Shown piece after piece: positions 12,947 to 29,623 of a stretch of DNA of 64,000 nucleotides. Each line of letters opens with the position of its first letter. Within the stretch, counting starts at the first letter, position 1. The DNA lies in assembly GCA_014905635.1 (NCBI GenBank), contig JABVCE010000002.1, forward strand, positions 2,480,001 to 2,544,000, written 5' to 3'. Below the pieces are notes generated by a model. It had not been told where the DNA came from and searched no databases. It saw only the letters and a list, made by a program, of their open reading frames with translations. The stretch is from Scenedesmus sp. PABB004 (taxonomy: Eukaryota). The position numbers were made by a program, and so were the translations under genes.

Positions 12947-15900
12947 ATGCGCGCGCAGGCGGCGCCGCCGCGGGCGGCGCAGCCCGGAACCCCACGCAGC
13001 GCTAGCAGCGCCGCCGGGCTCGGGCTGCTGCCGCTGCGGCGCGCCCGGCCCGCGCCGGCGGCGCGGCGCGGTGGCGCGGTGCTGCCGCGGGCAAAGCGCG
13101 GCGACGTGCTGGTCGTGCTGGAGGGCGTGAGGAAGACGCACGACGGCGAGAAGGTGCTGTTCAGCAACTGCACCTTCACGCTCGCCGCGGGCGACCGCCT
13201 CGCGGTGGTGGGCCCCAACGGTGCGGGCAAGTCGACGCTGCTGCGCATCATCACCGGCGCGGCCGACCACGACGGCGGGACCATCTCCCGCAACAAGGGC
13301 GCCAAGGTCGGCTTCCTGCCCCAGGGCGACATGCTGCTCCGAGACGGTGCGGCGCCCGGTGGCGCCGACCTGGAGAGCATGTCGGTGCTGGCGGCGGTGC
13401 TGGCGAGCGACAGCGCGATGGCGCGCGCGGTGCAGGTGCGGCGCGCGCGCGCGCGGGCGGCGCCGGCAGGCGCGGCGGACCGCGCCAGACGCGGCGCGCC
13501 GCGTGGCAGACGGGGCGCGCCGCCGCGGGCGTTGCCGCAGGCGTACCAGCGCGCGCTCGCGGACGCCGGCGGCGCCGTGACGCCCGCGCTAGAGGCGGCG
13601 ATCGAAGCGATGGACACGCACAACGCGTGGGAGGTGGACGGCGAGGCGCGGCGCATCCTGTCGGCCGTCGGTCTGCCCGACGCCAACGCGCCCGTGGCGG
13701 GGCTCTCCGGCGGGCAGCGCCGCCGGCTCGCGCTCGCGGCGGCGCTGCTGGGCGGCCCCGACCTGCTCGTGCTGGACGAGCCGACGAATCACATGGACGT
13801 GGAGGCCATCGAGTGGCTCGCGTCCGAGGTGCGCGGCGCGGCAGACCTGGCCGTCGTCATGGTCAGGTGAGGTGACCCAAGGGAGGCGCGCGGGCGCGCG
13901 CGGGCGCGCGCCGCGGCCGCCCGCCGCGCCCCGGGGGCGGGGCGCTCAGCCCCTCGCTGCGCCCGCCCGCCGGCGGGCTCACGCTCGCCGCCGCCGCCGA
14001 TGCCCTGCCGTGTGGCCAGCCACGACCGTGCGTTCATGGAGGACGTCTGCGACCGCCTGCTGGAGCTGGACCACGGCGGCTTCACCGCCTGCCACGAGTT
14101 CGGCGGCCCAGGGAGCTACACGCGCTTCAAGGCGGTGGGCGCCGCGCAGCGCCGTGCCGCGCCGCGCCGCGCCGCTGGTGGCGGGGGCGGGGGCGGCCGA
14201 GGGGGCGGCGGATGGGCGCCGCCGAGGGGGCGGTGGGGGCGGGCGCTGGGGTTGGGAGGTTGGCGGCGAGCCTCGAGGGTTGAGGGCTCGAGATGCGCCG
14301 AGCCCTCGCACGTATGCGGTCCCACCCACCGCCCTCCGCCGCCGCCGCCGCGCCGCCGCCGCCGCCGCGCGCAGGCGCGCGCGGCGCGGCGCCACGCGCA
14401 GGCCAACGCCGCGGCCGACGCGCGCACGCTGCTGCGGCGCGAGAGCGAGTGGATGGCGCGGCAGCCCAAGGCGCGCAGCACCAAGGCCAAGGCGCGCGTG
14501 GACGCGTACGCGGGGCTGCAGGCCGCGGCGCGGGACCGCCCGCCCGACGACCTGCGCGTCGACTTTGGCAGCGTGGCAATGGCGCGCCTCGGTGCGGCGC
14601 GGCGCGGCTCGTCGCGCGCCCGCCGGCTCGCCCCGCCGCTCGCGCGCCGTCGGCCGCCACGCGGCCCGCGCCGCGCCGCGTCGCTCGCGCCGCCCACCCA
14701 CTGGCCGCTGCTCCCGCTGCTCCCACCGCTGCCGGGCAGGCAACAAGGCGGTGCTGCTGGAGGGCGTCAGCTACGCCACGCCGGCGGGGCGGCCGCTGCT
14801 GGCCGACGTCACCGCCGAGCTGCTGCCGGGCGAGCGCATCGGCATTGCGGGGCCCAACGGGGTCGGCAAGTCCACGCTGCTGGACATCGTGGCGGGCGTG
14901 AAGGAGCCGCAGGTGAGGCGCCGCAGGCGCTGGGGCTTAGGTGTGCGAGGCGCCGCAGGCGCTGGGGTTCACCAACTCCCGCGCCCCGCAGTCTGGGCGC
15001 CGGGAGCTGGGCGAGACGGCGGTGGTGGGGTACTTCCAACAGCAGCCGCCGCGCGTGGAGCCGGGCCTGCGCCTCGTCGACTACATCAGGTGCGGCGCTG
15101 CTGCTGCCGCTGCCGCTGCGGCGCGGGCGGCCCGGAGCAGGGCGCGCGGCGGCGCCGCCGCCGCCGCCGCGCCCCCACGCCCGCCGCGCCCGCCGGCCGG
15201 CCCCTGTCCTTGCAGGGAGGTCGGCGAGAAGCGCAAGGCGCGCGCGGGCGAGAGCGGGCTGGTGGGGCCGCCGGAGTCGCCCGAGACGCTGCTGGAGCGG
15301 CTGGGCTTCCCGCGCAAGATTCAGTACCAAAAGGTGGGTGGGCGGGGGGCCTGCCGCGTGGTTTTGGATGGTTTGACAGGGGGGCTCGAGCGGTGACGCG
15401 CAAGCGCGGTGCTGACCGCGCCGCCGGTGCTGACCGCGATGACCGGGCAGGTCGAGTCGCTGTCGGGCGGCGAGCGGCGGCGGCTGCACCTCGCGGCGGT
15501 GCTTGCGAGCGCGCCCAACGTGCTGCTGCTGGACGAGGTGCGCGGGGCGCGGTGAGGGGCGCAGGGGCAGGCCGGGCAGGGCGCCGCGCTCTGCCCGGCC
15601 CGGCGGCGGCAGCGGCCGGCGCCGCGCCCGCTCGCCCGCGAGCGCTCCGCCCGCCCACGCACACCCACCCACGCACACACACATACACGCCGGTCAGCCC
15701 ACCAACGACCTGGACCTCAACACCGTGGAGGTGCTGGAGGAGATGCTCCAGGCGCGACACGGCGGCCGCGCGGCACGCTCAGCGCGCACAGCGCGCTCGC
15801 GCCCGCCCGCGCCGCGCGCGGCGGCGCCGCCGCTGCCACGCGCGCGCGCCGCTCCCTCCCCCTCCCCGCTTTGTTAGACCCCTGCATTCGCGGCCCGCCG

Positions 15901-16746
15901 CCTGCCGCCGCAGAGCTACCGGGGCCTGCTGCTGGTGGTGAGCCACGACCGGGCGTTCATGTCTGGCGCGACCGACCGCCTGCTCGTGCTGCCCGGCGAC
16001 GGCAGCGTGCAGCGCGCCCAGGGCGGCTACGGGGACTACCTGGCCCAGCTCTTCGCTTCGCGCGCGGGCGCGGCCGCGGCGGCGGCCGAGGCGCAGAAGC
16101 GCGCGCGGTGCGGCGCCGGGGCGGGGGCGAGCGGGCGGGCCTCGGCGCCGCGGGGCCCGCGCGGCGCCCGACGGACGTGCGGCGCCTGCGCGCCGCCGCC
16201 GCCGCCGCGCAGGGCGCAATCGCAGGCGGGGCGCGCCGGGGGCAACGGCGGCAGCGGCAGCAGCGCCAGCAACGGCAAGGGCGGCGGCGGCGGCAGCGGC
16301 GGCAGCGGCGCCAGCAAGGGCGCCGCGACAGCGACCGCGCCGGCGGCCGCGGCCGTCGCTGCCGCGCCGGCGGCCAAGCCTGCCAGCAAGCGCAAGCTGG
16401 GGCTCTTCGAGCAGCAGGAGTATAAGGTGCGGCGCGGCGTTCAGGGGGGAGGGCAGGGGCTTGCGCGCTCAGTGCGCGTGCGCTGCGTGGCTGGCAGGTC
16501 GCCCGCCCGCCGCTCGCCCTGACGCGTCCGCGCCCGCCGCTGCGCCAGCGCCTGGGCGAGGAGATGGCCTCGCTCGAGGCGGCGCAGGCGGCGGCGAACG
16601 AGCGGCTGATATCGCTGACGTCTGGCGGCGGCGGCGACGTGGCGGCGATCGAGGCGGCGAGCCTCGCGCTCGCGGAGCTGCAGGCCTCGTACGAGGCCAA
16701 GGAGGAGCGCTGGTTCGAGCTCGCTGAGATCGCGGGCGACATTTGA
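12947..16746 (+). CDS. ABC-F family ATPase (Uup/YfmR-like), probable plastid transit peptide
   Basis: Two NBDs (GPNGAGKST, LSGGQRRR, LVLDEPTNH, SHDR; GPNGVGKST, LSGGERRR, LLLDE^PTNDLD, SHDR), linker RRESEWMARQPKARSTKAKAR and C-terminal KEERWFELAE. No TM segments; R/A-rich N-terminus. Confidence 0.92.
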
Positions 16747-16940
16747 GAGAGGTGGAGAGAGAGAGAGGGAGCCAGCGCGGCGCCCGCGCGCGGGTGACAC
16801 GTCGCGCACGGCCCGCGCAAGTCACCGGCCAGCAGCAACACTCGGCGCCGCCGCAACACGCACACGCGCGTGCCTGACGGTGCGCCCGCCGCAAGCTGCA
16901 GCGCCCTCGCCGGCAGCCCTGCACGGGCGTCGCCGCGCCG

Positions 16941-20931
<3,991 letters not shown>

Positions 20932-21881
20932 CTCTCTTCAGCCGCCGCGGCGGCGGCAGCGCTGGAGATGGTGACGCCGTGCGCCGCCTCGATCGCGGTC
21001 ACCCCTGATCCGTGGCCCGACCCGCAGAGCCGCGCTGGCGGCCGGCGGCCTGCCGGTGCTGCTGCTGCTGCGGCGGCGGCGGCGCAGTGGGGATGCTCAC
21101 GACGGCGCGGCGGTGGGTTTCCCGGCTTGTGTGTCGTGGCTGCGCGCCTCGGGCGCCTGGGTTCGCAGGCGCCGCCTGCGCGTTGACTGGGCCCCGGCCG
21201 CAACGCCCTGAACCACGGCTCGAGGCCCCGAGCGACGCGCGTTCGCGAGCCAAGGAGCCGGTGGGCGGCACGGGCGCTGGGCGAGCGCGTTCGGCGTCCC
21301 TGCGCCGCCGCGTGCGTTCGGCGTCCTGCGCCGCAGCGCGGGCGCCAACCTCGGCCCCGCCCTGGCTGCGCGAGCGCGGCGCGGCGGGCGCAGCGCCGCC
21401 GTCGCGCACAGGAGGGCCTCAGGCGCGGTGCTGCGCGCTGCACCGCGGTGCAGTGACCCGCCGAGGGAGGGCCCTGTGCCGCCGCCGTGCGCGGTACGCG
21501 CGAAGCGCGCGCGCGACGACCGCGCGCGTGGTGGCGGCGCGCTCCAGGCGCGCGGCGATCACTGCCACGCTGCTACCACCAGTGGGCAGCGGTCGCGTGG
21601 AGGCGGGGGCGAGACCTCGCCCGGCCAAAGCCCTGGACGCCCCCCACGCGCAAACGCTGGCCCGCGCCCCGCCCCGGCCATCGACGCCGACCAACACGTC
21701 AGGACCAGCGACCATTCCCGCCTCCGCGAGGGGTGGGCGGACCGATTCCACGCCTCTGCGCTGCGTGCGTCGCAGCCCGGGCGGTGGGCATCTGGCTGTG
21801 GCGCGGATGATCTAGGATCTAGGCACCTGTTCATCAGTGCGCGCGGGGCGGGCGAGGCCATTTTTGCGGAGAGCGAGCGGG

Positions 21882-23987
21882 ATGGCGCAGGGCGTGGAGT
21901 CGCAGCTGGCGGGCCTGCGCCTGGCCGGCGAGGACGCGGGGGAGCCGGGCGAGGCGGACGTGTTTGACTGCATCACCGAGCTGGAGCAGCCGGTGAGGGG
22001 GCGCGCGGGGCGGGCCGCATTGTTGTGGCGTGGCCCGCGGGCCCCCCCGCGCCCGCCGCGGCCCGGGCTGCGCGCTCCGCCCCTCGCCCCGGCAGCGGAC
22101 GTGTGGGGCTCCCGCACGGCCCGGCGTGGGGCCGCGGGGACGGCAACGGGCAGGAATCCAGCTGCTGCTGCCACCTGGGTTGCCCGGCGCGGCGCCGCGC
22201 CGCCGCGCCGCCGCGCCCCCGGCCCGCCCCGGGATGCGACGGGCGCGCCGTCAGCGAGGCCACGGCGGGCTCCGCGGCAGCTGCGGGCGCGGCGCCGGCG
22301 GCGCTGCAGGGCGGCGACCAACTGCTGCGCCCGCCCGCCCCGTGGTCCGCGCAGGCCGAAGAAGGCGACGACGCGGCAGCTGAAGAAGCTGCCAGTGACT
22401 CATCCCCTGATGACATGACCTGCGCGATCTGTCTCGAGCGCCCGGAGCTGACCGACGTCGCGCTCGTCAAGGGCTGCGAGCACCTCTACTGCGGTGCGCC
22501 CTCACGAGCGCCGCGCCGCGCCGCACCCCGCGCCCGCCTCCCGCGCACACGGCCCCGCGCCCGCCTCCCGCGCCCACCTCCCGCGCCTCCGCGCCCGCGC
22601 CCCGCGCGCGCAGTGCACTGCATCCTGCAGTGGGCGCTCTGCCGCGAGTGGTGCCCGCAGTGCAAGGCGCCGTTTGGGTACCTCCTCACGCACCGCCAGC
22701 TCGACGGCGCCATCACCGACTACCTGGCCGAGGAGAGCGTCGTGCTGCTCAAGCGCGCGCGCTGGTTCGAGGCCCACGTGCGGGTGCGTGCACGCGCGCA
22801 CGCGGCGCCGGCGCCGGCGCGGGCCAGCGGCGGCGCTGAGCGCCCCGCCGCCGCCGCGCGCGCGCGCCCGGCGGTGCAGGAGAAGGAGGCCGAGCGGGCG
22901 GCGCTTGCGCCGCCGCCGCCCGCCGCCGCGCGCGCGCTGGCCGACGGCACCGGCGCCGCCGGCGCCGACGGCGCCGACGCCGACGCCGACGCGGCGGCCG
23001 CGCGCGACTGGGCCGACTTTTACGAGGACTACGTCGACGCCGAGCTGGAGGAGGACGAGGAGATTGAGAGCTACTATTTCAGCAGCGCCGCGGGCCGCGC
23101 GCGCGTGGTGCTCGGCAACCGGCGCTGGGGCGAGGGCGGCTACCTGCGCGCGGGTGCGGCGGATGCGCGGCGCGGCGCCGCGCGGGCGCGGGCGCGGGCG
23201 CGGGCGGCTGCAGAGAGGGAGGGGGCGGCCGCCGACGCGCCGCGCCGCGCCGCGCCGCAGGCCGCATGTACGCGCGCCCCGTGCAGGGCGGCGGGCGCGC
23301 GACGCCCAACGCCGCCGGCGGCAAGGCCGCGGCGGGCAAGGCGGCGGTGGCCAAGGGCGTGGCCAAGGCGGCGGCGGGCGCGGGCGCGGGCCCCGCCGCT
23401 GGTGCCGGCAGTAGCAGCGGCAGCAGCAGCAGGGCGGCGCCGGCCGGCGCGGGCGGCTCCGGCGGCGCCGGCAGCAGCAGCGCCGCCGCCGCGGCGACCA
23501 GCAACCGCGCCGGGCGCGCCGGCGGCGGCGGCAGCGGCGCCAGCGGCAGCAGCAGCGCCGCGGCCGCGCGCGGGCGCGCCATCCCCGGCTCCAGCCCGCC
23601 CTCGGGCGCCGCGTGGCTGGCCGCGGACGACGACGACGACGACGACGACGGCTTTGCGTGCAGCTTTGACGACGACTACGGCCGCAGCGGCGGCGGCGGC
23701 GGCAGCCGCGCGCGCAGCGGCGGCAGCCGGTCGCGCGCGCGCCCGACCGCCCCGCCGGCATGGCCAAGCCGCTGCGCCAGGTGCCCAAGGCGCTGGCGAG
23801 CAGCCCCGGCTGCACCGCCGGCATGCCGCTCGGGCGCAGCCCCGGCAGCGGCGGCTTTGCCGTCGGCAGCTGGGGTGCGGCACCCGGCGGCAGCGGCGGC
23901 GGCGGCGGCCCCGCCACGCCCGGCTCGGGGCGGCGCGCCAAGCGCAACGCGCGCCGCGCGGCCGCCGACGGCGGCGACTGGGACTGA
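21882..23987 (+). CDS. Plant-type C3HC4 RING finger protein
   Basis: CAICLE...KGCEHLYC^VHCILQW...WCPQCKAPF...LTHRQLDG...EESVVLLKRARWF; GNRRWGEGGYLRAG^RMYARP; C-terminal GRRAKRNARR. An unexplained frame change occurs at about 23670-23760. Confidence 0.8.
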
Positions 23988-24410
23988 GCGCAGGCGCGGC
24001 GGGGCATGGCCGGGTGGTGTACAACAGCGGCGGGGGCCGGCCGGCCGGTGGGCCGCCGGCCGGCCGCGCGCGGCGTGTGCGTGTCGTCGTGCGGCGGGCG
24101 CAGTCATCTGCGAAGCTTTTTCTCTTCGGTTGGCGCAGGGCAGGGGCGCGCGGACTTCATTGTCGGTCAGGTGTACACCAGTTTTCGGGCCCCGCAAGCT
24201 GCGGTAAATGCCCCAGGCGCGAGTGGGCAGGCGGCGGCCAGCGCGCCGCTGCGGCGGGCGTTGTGACGGCGGCGCGCGGTCTGCCGGCGGCGCCATCGCC
24301 CCACGTGCCGCGATCGTCGTCCAGTCCACCGCGCCAGCGCACACGCACTGGCCGTGCGCGCCCTCGGACGCCGGGCTGCTCCTCCGCTTCCGCGCCGCCG
24401 AATTGCAGCC

Positions 24411-27369
24411 ATGCTCGCCGCGCTGGCGCGCGGAGGCGCGGGGGTGCTGGGGAGTGGCGCGCCGGGCCTGGGCGGCTGGGCGGCCGCCCTGGGGCGCGCG
24501 CTGTCGTCGGCATCGGCCGCAGGTGCGGGGCGCCGCGCAGCGCGGCGCGCCCGGCCGCGCCGACGTCTCGGGCGTGCCACGGGCCGCCCCTGGGCCCGTG
24601 GGCGTGGCGGCCGGCATTGCTGACGCCCCGCCGCCGCCGCGGCGCCGCCGGCAGCAGCGGCCGGCGGCGTGCAGAGCCTGCGCCTGCCGTGCGCCGAGGA
24701 GACGCTGCTGGTGAGCCTTCCGGAGCGTCCCTTTGCCGCCACGGCGCACCTGGAGGCCGGCGTGGCGGCGGGCCTCGCGGGTGCGCGCCCGGCGGCGGCC
24801 GCGGCGCCAGCGCGGCGCTGCGCTGGCGCGGCGCGGCGGGGCCTCGCGCGCGCGCCCGCCCAACCGCGCCCGCGCCGCGCAGGCGCACCCCAGCGCGTGG
24901 CGGTCGTGCGGCCGGCGTTCCTGCCCTTTGATGAGCCGCAGCCGGCGCTGTCCGAGGTGCGCCGCGCGCGCAGCGCGGCGCCGCCGGGCGCCTGGCCGCC
25001 GGCCGCCCGGCCGCCCTGCGCCACCGGCGCGCGCGCGCGCGCGCCCGCAGGTCGTGGCGCCGCTGGGCGGCGGCGCGGCGCTCGCGCTCGCGGCGAGCAG
25101 CCAGCTCACGCACCGCCGGCTGCTGGTCGACGAGTACGCGCGCGGCCCGGGCGGCGCCTACACGCTCACGCGCCCCGCGACCGAGCTCGCGGCGTGGCTG
25201 CACGCCGCGGGCGTGCCGCTCGCGCTCGTGCCCGACGTCGGCGCGGCCGCGCGCGGCGGCGGCGGCGCGCCGCGCAACGCCGTCGCGGGCGCGACGCGCG
25301 ACTCGGGGCTGCAGAGCACCAACCGCGTGCTCATGGTCGCGCCGACCGCGTTTGGCTTCAACGAGCAGGCCGCCGCCGACAACAGCTTCATGCACAGCGC
25401 GGAGACGCCCGGCGAGCACAGCAGCCTCACGGCGCAGGCGCGGCCGCGCGCGCAGCGCGGGCAGCGGGGCGGCCTGCGTGGTGCGGTGCGCGGCGCGGCT
25501 GGGCCGCTGCGGGGCGAGGAGGCGCGCCGCCGCCACGCCGCCGCGCCGCCGGCGCAGGTGTGCGCCGAGTTTGCGGAGCTGCACCGGCAGCTGACCGACG
25601 TCGCGGGCGTGGACGTCGCGCTGTTCCAGCACCACCTCCGCCACGGCACGCCCGACGCGGTGTTCCCCAACAACTGGTTCTCAACCCACGCCGCCGGTGG
25701 GCCGAGCGCGCAGACGCGCGGGCGCGGCGCGCGCCCGCGGCGCCACCGCGCGCCACCCCGCGCGCCGCCCGCGCCCCCGACCGCCGCGCGGCGCCGCGCT
25801 CACGCGCGCGCTCACCTGCGCCCGCGCACACCTGCCCGCGCACGCGCGCGCACTCGCAGGCGAGGCCGCGGGCGGCGTGCGGGGGCGGACGCTGGTGCTG
25901 TACCCCATGAAGTGCCCCAACCGCGCGGCGGAGCGGCGGGCCGAGGTCGTCGGCGTGCTGCGCCAGGGCGGGTACGACCGCGTCGTCGACATGACCGCCC
26001 ACGAGCGCCGCGACGGGACCTTCTTCGAGGGCACCGGTGCGGCTGACGCCGCGCGGGCGCAGCGCCACGGGGCCGCGCGGGAGGCCCGCGGCGGCGGCGC
26101 GGGGCGGGCGGCGGGCGGCGGGCGGCGGGCGGCGGGCGGCGGGCGGCGGGCGGCGGGCGGCGGGCGGCGGGCGGCGGGCGGCGGGCGGCGGGCGGCGGGC
26201 GGCGGGCGGCGGGCGGGCGGCGGGCGGCGGGCGGCGGGCGGCGGGCGGCGGGCGGCGGGCGGCGGGCGGCGGGCGGCGGGCGGCGGGCGGCGGGGCGGCG
26301 GGCGGCGGGCGGCGGGCGGCGGGCGGCGGGCGGCGGGCGGCGGGCGGCGGGCGGCGGGCGGCGGGCGGCGGGCGGCGGGCGGCGGGCGGCGGGCGGCGGG
26401 CGGCGGGCGGCGGGCGGCGGGCGGCGGGCGGCGGGCGGCGGGCGGCGGGCGGCGGGCGGCGGGCGGCGGGCGGCGGGCGGCGGGCGGCGGGCGGCGGGCG
26501 GCGGGCGGCGGGCGGCGGGCGGCGGGCGGCGGGCGGCGGGCGGCGGGCGGCGGGCGGCGGGCGGCGGGCGGCGGGCGGCGGGCGGCGGGCGGCGGGCGGC
26601 GGGCGGCGGGCGGCGGGCGGCGGGCGGCGGGCGGCGGGCGGCGGGCGGCGGGCGGCGGGCGGCGGGCGGCGGGCGGCGGGCGGCGGGCGCGCCCGCCCAG
26701 GCCCCGCGGCCGTGTGCCCGCGCCCACGCACCCTCACGCCCTCGCCCGCAGGCGTGCTGGTGCTGGACCGCGTGAACGGCGTCGCGTACGTCGCGCTCAG
26801 CGAGCGCGCCGACGCGGGGCTCGCCGAGGCGTGGGCGTCGAGCCTCGGCTACCGCGAGCTCGTGACGTTCCACTCGTGCGACGCGCGTGGCAAGCCGGTG
26901 TACCACACCAACGTCATGATGGCCATTGGCACCGACGTCGCGGTCGTGTGCGCGGAGAGCGTGGCCGACGCCAAGGAGCGCCAGCACCTGCTGGTGCGGC
27001 CGCGGGCCGCGCGCGGCGCGCGCCGCAGTCTGCGCGCGGCGCGCCGCAATGCGCCGCGCGGCGCGCGCGGGCCTCACGGCGGGGGTCCCACGTCGCGCGC
27101 GCTCGCCGCAGGCCAAGCTCTCTGCGACGCATGAGGTGGTCCAGATCTCGAGCGCCCAGATGGACGCGCTGTGCGGCAACGTGCTCGAGCTGCGCGGCGG
27201 GCGGGGGCTGCCCGTGCTCGCGATGTCGACGCAGGCGCACAACGCGTTCACGCCCGAGCAGCGCGCCGTGCTGCGCCGCCACGTCGCTGACCTCGTGCAC
27301 GCGCCGATCGACACGCTCGAGCGCGTCGGCGGCGGCGGCGTGCGCTGCGCGCTCGCCGAGCTCTTCTGA
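24411..27369 (+). CDS. Amidinotransferase/arginine-deiminase superfamily enzyme (CtlX-like), probable mitochondrial presequence
   Basis: Motifs TNRVLMVAPTAFGFNEQAAADNSF, TPDAVFPNNWFSTH, LYPMKCPNRAAERR, FEGTG^VLVLDR, YHTNVMMAIG, CGNVLEL and ERVGGGGVRCALAELF* (catalytic Cys). N-terminus MLAALARGG...GRALSSAS. Confidence 0.88.
26102..26688. repeat. Intronic 7-bp tandem repeat (GGGCGGC)n, about 84 units, 100% GC
   Basis: Direct reading, with two small phase slips; lies in the intron of about 26037-26751. Confidence 0.95.
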
Positions 27370-27794
27370 GCGGCGGCAGCGGGCGGCGGCTTGCGGCGGC
27401 GGCGCCGGCCGGCAGACGCGGCGGCGCCGAGGGCGGGGCGGGCGTGCATCGGGGGCGGGACGAGCGCTCTGCTCGTGCGGTGTGCTGCGCGGGCGTGTGT
27501 GCGGGGGTGCGACGGGGCGCTTTTTGACTGGCCGTGCGCCGCGCGGGCCGGCCCCTCAGGCCGGCGGGGCGCGCTGGGCGTGTTTGTGTTGAAAGGGGCG
27601 GGCGCGCAGGTACCTCTTGACCTGTGCGCGGCGAGGAGGGGAGGGGGCCTGTGGGGCATGCAACGGCACGCGCGCGCGTCACAAAACGGCCGCGGCCGCA
27701 CGGTCAGCCAACCGCCCCGGCGCCGCAGCCGGAGCGCGGGCAATCTTGGCAGGCAATCCTGGCAGGCAATCGCTGTTGTACAGACCCCCCTGGG

Positions 27795-29223
27795 TCAGCC
27801 GACGTTGCGCACGCTGACCGGCAGGCCGCCGGCGAGCTTCGCGGCGCAGCCCTCAAAGATGTCGCACACGCCCGCGCCGGTCTTGGCCGACGCCTCCACA
27901 AACAGCATGTTGTGGCTGCGCGGCGTGGCGCCACGCGGCGGGCGCGGCGAGCGCGGCGTGGGCGGGGGCACGCGGCCAGCGGCGCGGCCGCGCGCGGCCT
28001 GCGGCAGAGGGGCGGGGGCGGCGCCGCACCCAGCGCACGCGCACAGGCTACCTGTCGGCGAGCGCGCGCGCCTCGTCCTCGGTGACCTGCCGCGCGTCCG
28101 CCAGGTCCGTCTTGTTGCCCACCAGGACCATCACTGCGCGGGGCGCGCAGCAGCGGGCGGGCGCGTGAGCCGCGCAGCGAGCCGCGCCGCGCGCGCGCGC
28201 GCGCGCGCGCGCGTGCTGCGCCTGGGCCGCCCCCGGGCCGGCGCGCGTGCGCACCGACTGCTCCACTCGCGTGTCGCTGCAGCTCGCCGATCCAAAACTG
28301 GGCTTTTTGGAACGAAGCAGCGCTGGTGACGTCGTACACGACGACCGCCGCGTGCGCGCCCCTGCGGCGGGCCGCAGGCGCGCGGCGCGGCGCGGCGCGG
28401 CGCGTCGGCGGCGCGGCGCGGCGCGGCGCGGCGCCGGCGCCGGCGCCGGCACGAGCGCGCCCGCGGTCTGAGCGCTGCCCCCCGGCCCTCCGGCGCTCCG
28501 GGCCCTCCGGCTGCCCCCGGGCTCTCTCTGGACCGCCCCGGGAGAGAGGGGTCCCTCCCTCTCACCTGAAGTACAGCGGCGCGAGGCTGAGGTAGCGCTC
28601 CTGCCCGGCGGTGTCCCACAGCTCCAGCTTGATGGTTTGACCCGAAGGCAGCGGCGCCGAGTGGGACATGAAGGCGGCGCCGACCGTGATCCTGCTGTCC
28701 GGGTCAAAAGAATTGCGCACGTAGCGCACCGCGAGGCACGACTTGCCCACGCCCTGGCAGGTGGGGGCGGCGGCGCGTCCGGTGGCGGCGCGGCCGGCGG
28801 CGTCGGCGCGGCCGGCGGCGGCGGCGCGGCCGGCGGCGTCGGCGCGGCCGGCGGCGTCGCCCCGCGCGCTGGGCTGCGGCGTCGCCCCGCGCACGCGCCG
28901 CTGCCTGGCTGTGGCGCCGCTGCCTTGGCTGCCCCGCGCCCTCCCTGCCTGGCGGCGCTCACCGAGTCGCCGAGGAGCACGAGCTTGACTCGCGGCGGCG
29001 GGCCCGCCGACGCTGCTGCTGCGGCCGCTGCCGCTCCGCCCGCCTGCTGCGGCGGCTCATAGCCGCGAAGGCGCGGCCCCGCCCGGCCGTCACGAGCTGC
29101 CGCTGTGGCGCGGCGGGCGGCAGGGGCTCGGCGGCGCCCCGGCGGCGCGGCGCGGGCGAGAGCAGCGGCGGCGCCCGCCGTCCCCGCAGCCCGCCCACCT
29201 GGCCTGCTGCTTGAGCAGCCCAT
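27795..29223 (-). CDS. RABF1: Rab5-family GTPase of ARA6/RabF1 type (N-acylated, no C-terminal prenylation motif)
   Basis: MGCSSSRP N-terminus; KLVLLGDS^GVGKSC, TVGAAF effector loop, WDTAGQERY.SLAPLYFR^GA, GNKTD, EASAK. Ends GLPVSVRNVG* with no terminal Cys motif. Confidence 0.88.
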
Positions 29224-29623
29224 CGCCCCGGGCTGCGCGCCCGGGACTCCGGGCCGCTTTCTGCAGAGCTCCGCGGGCCTCCCGGGCGGCGAGCGCGGCA
29301 GCGGCGCGGCGCACGGCTGGCCTGGCTCCCCCGGCTTGCTGGCTGCGTCCGATGGGCTCGGGTTAGTGCAGGCGGTTGCAGAGCCGCGGGGGCCGCCGGC
29401 CTGGGCGTTCCGGGCCGACGCGCGCCGGCGGTCTTGGCGGCGCGAGACGCCACGACGTCCGCGGCGCCGCAGCCGCCGCGCGCAGCCCGAGGTCTGTTCC
29501 CGCAGCTCTTGGTCGAGGACTCGCCTGCTTCGCGTGCATGCGGGGCGAGCGCCCGCGCGGCTCGGGGCGCGCGGCGGCCGGCCGAGCAGCGCGCGGCGCG
29601 AGGGCCGCGGCGCGGCGCGCGCG

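Noticed and set aside
25427..27743. ORFs with (PPPAARR)n or (GGGRRAA)n repeat proteins
   Set aside because: Translations of an intronic heptamer array; the flanking exons join as FEGTG^VLVLDR.
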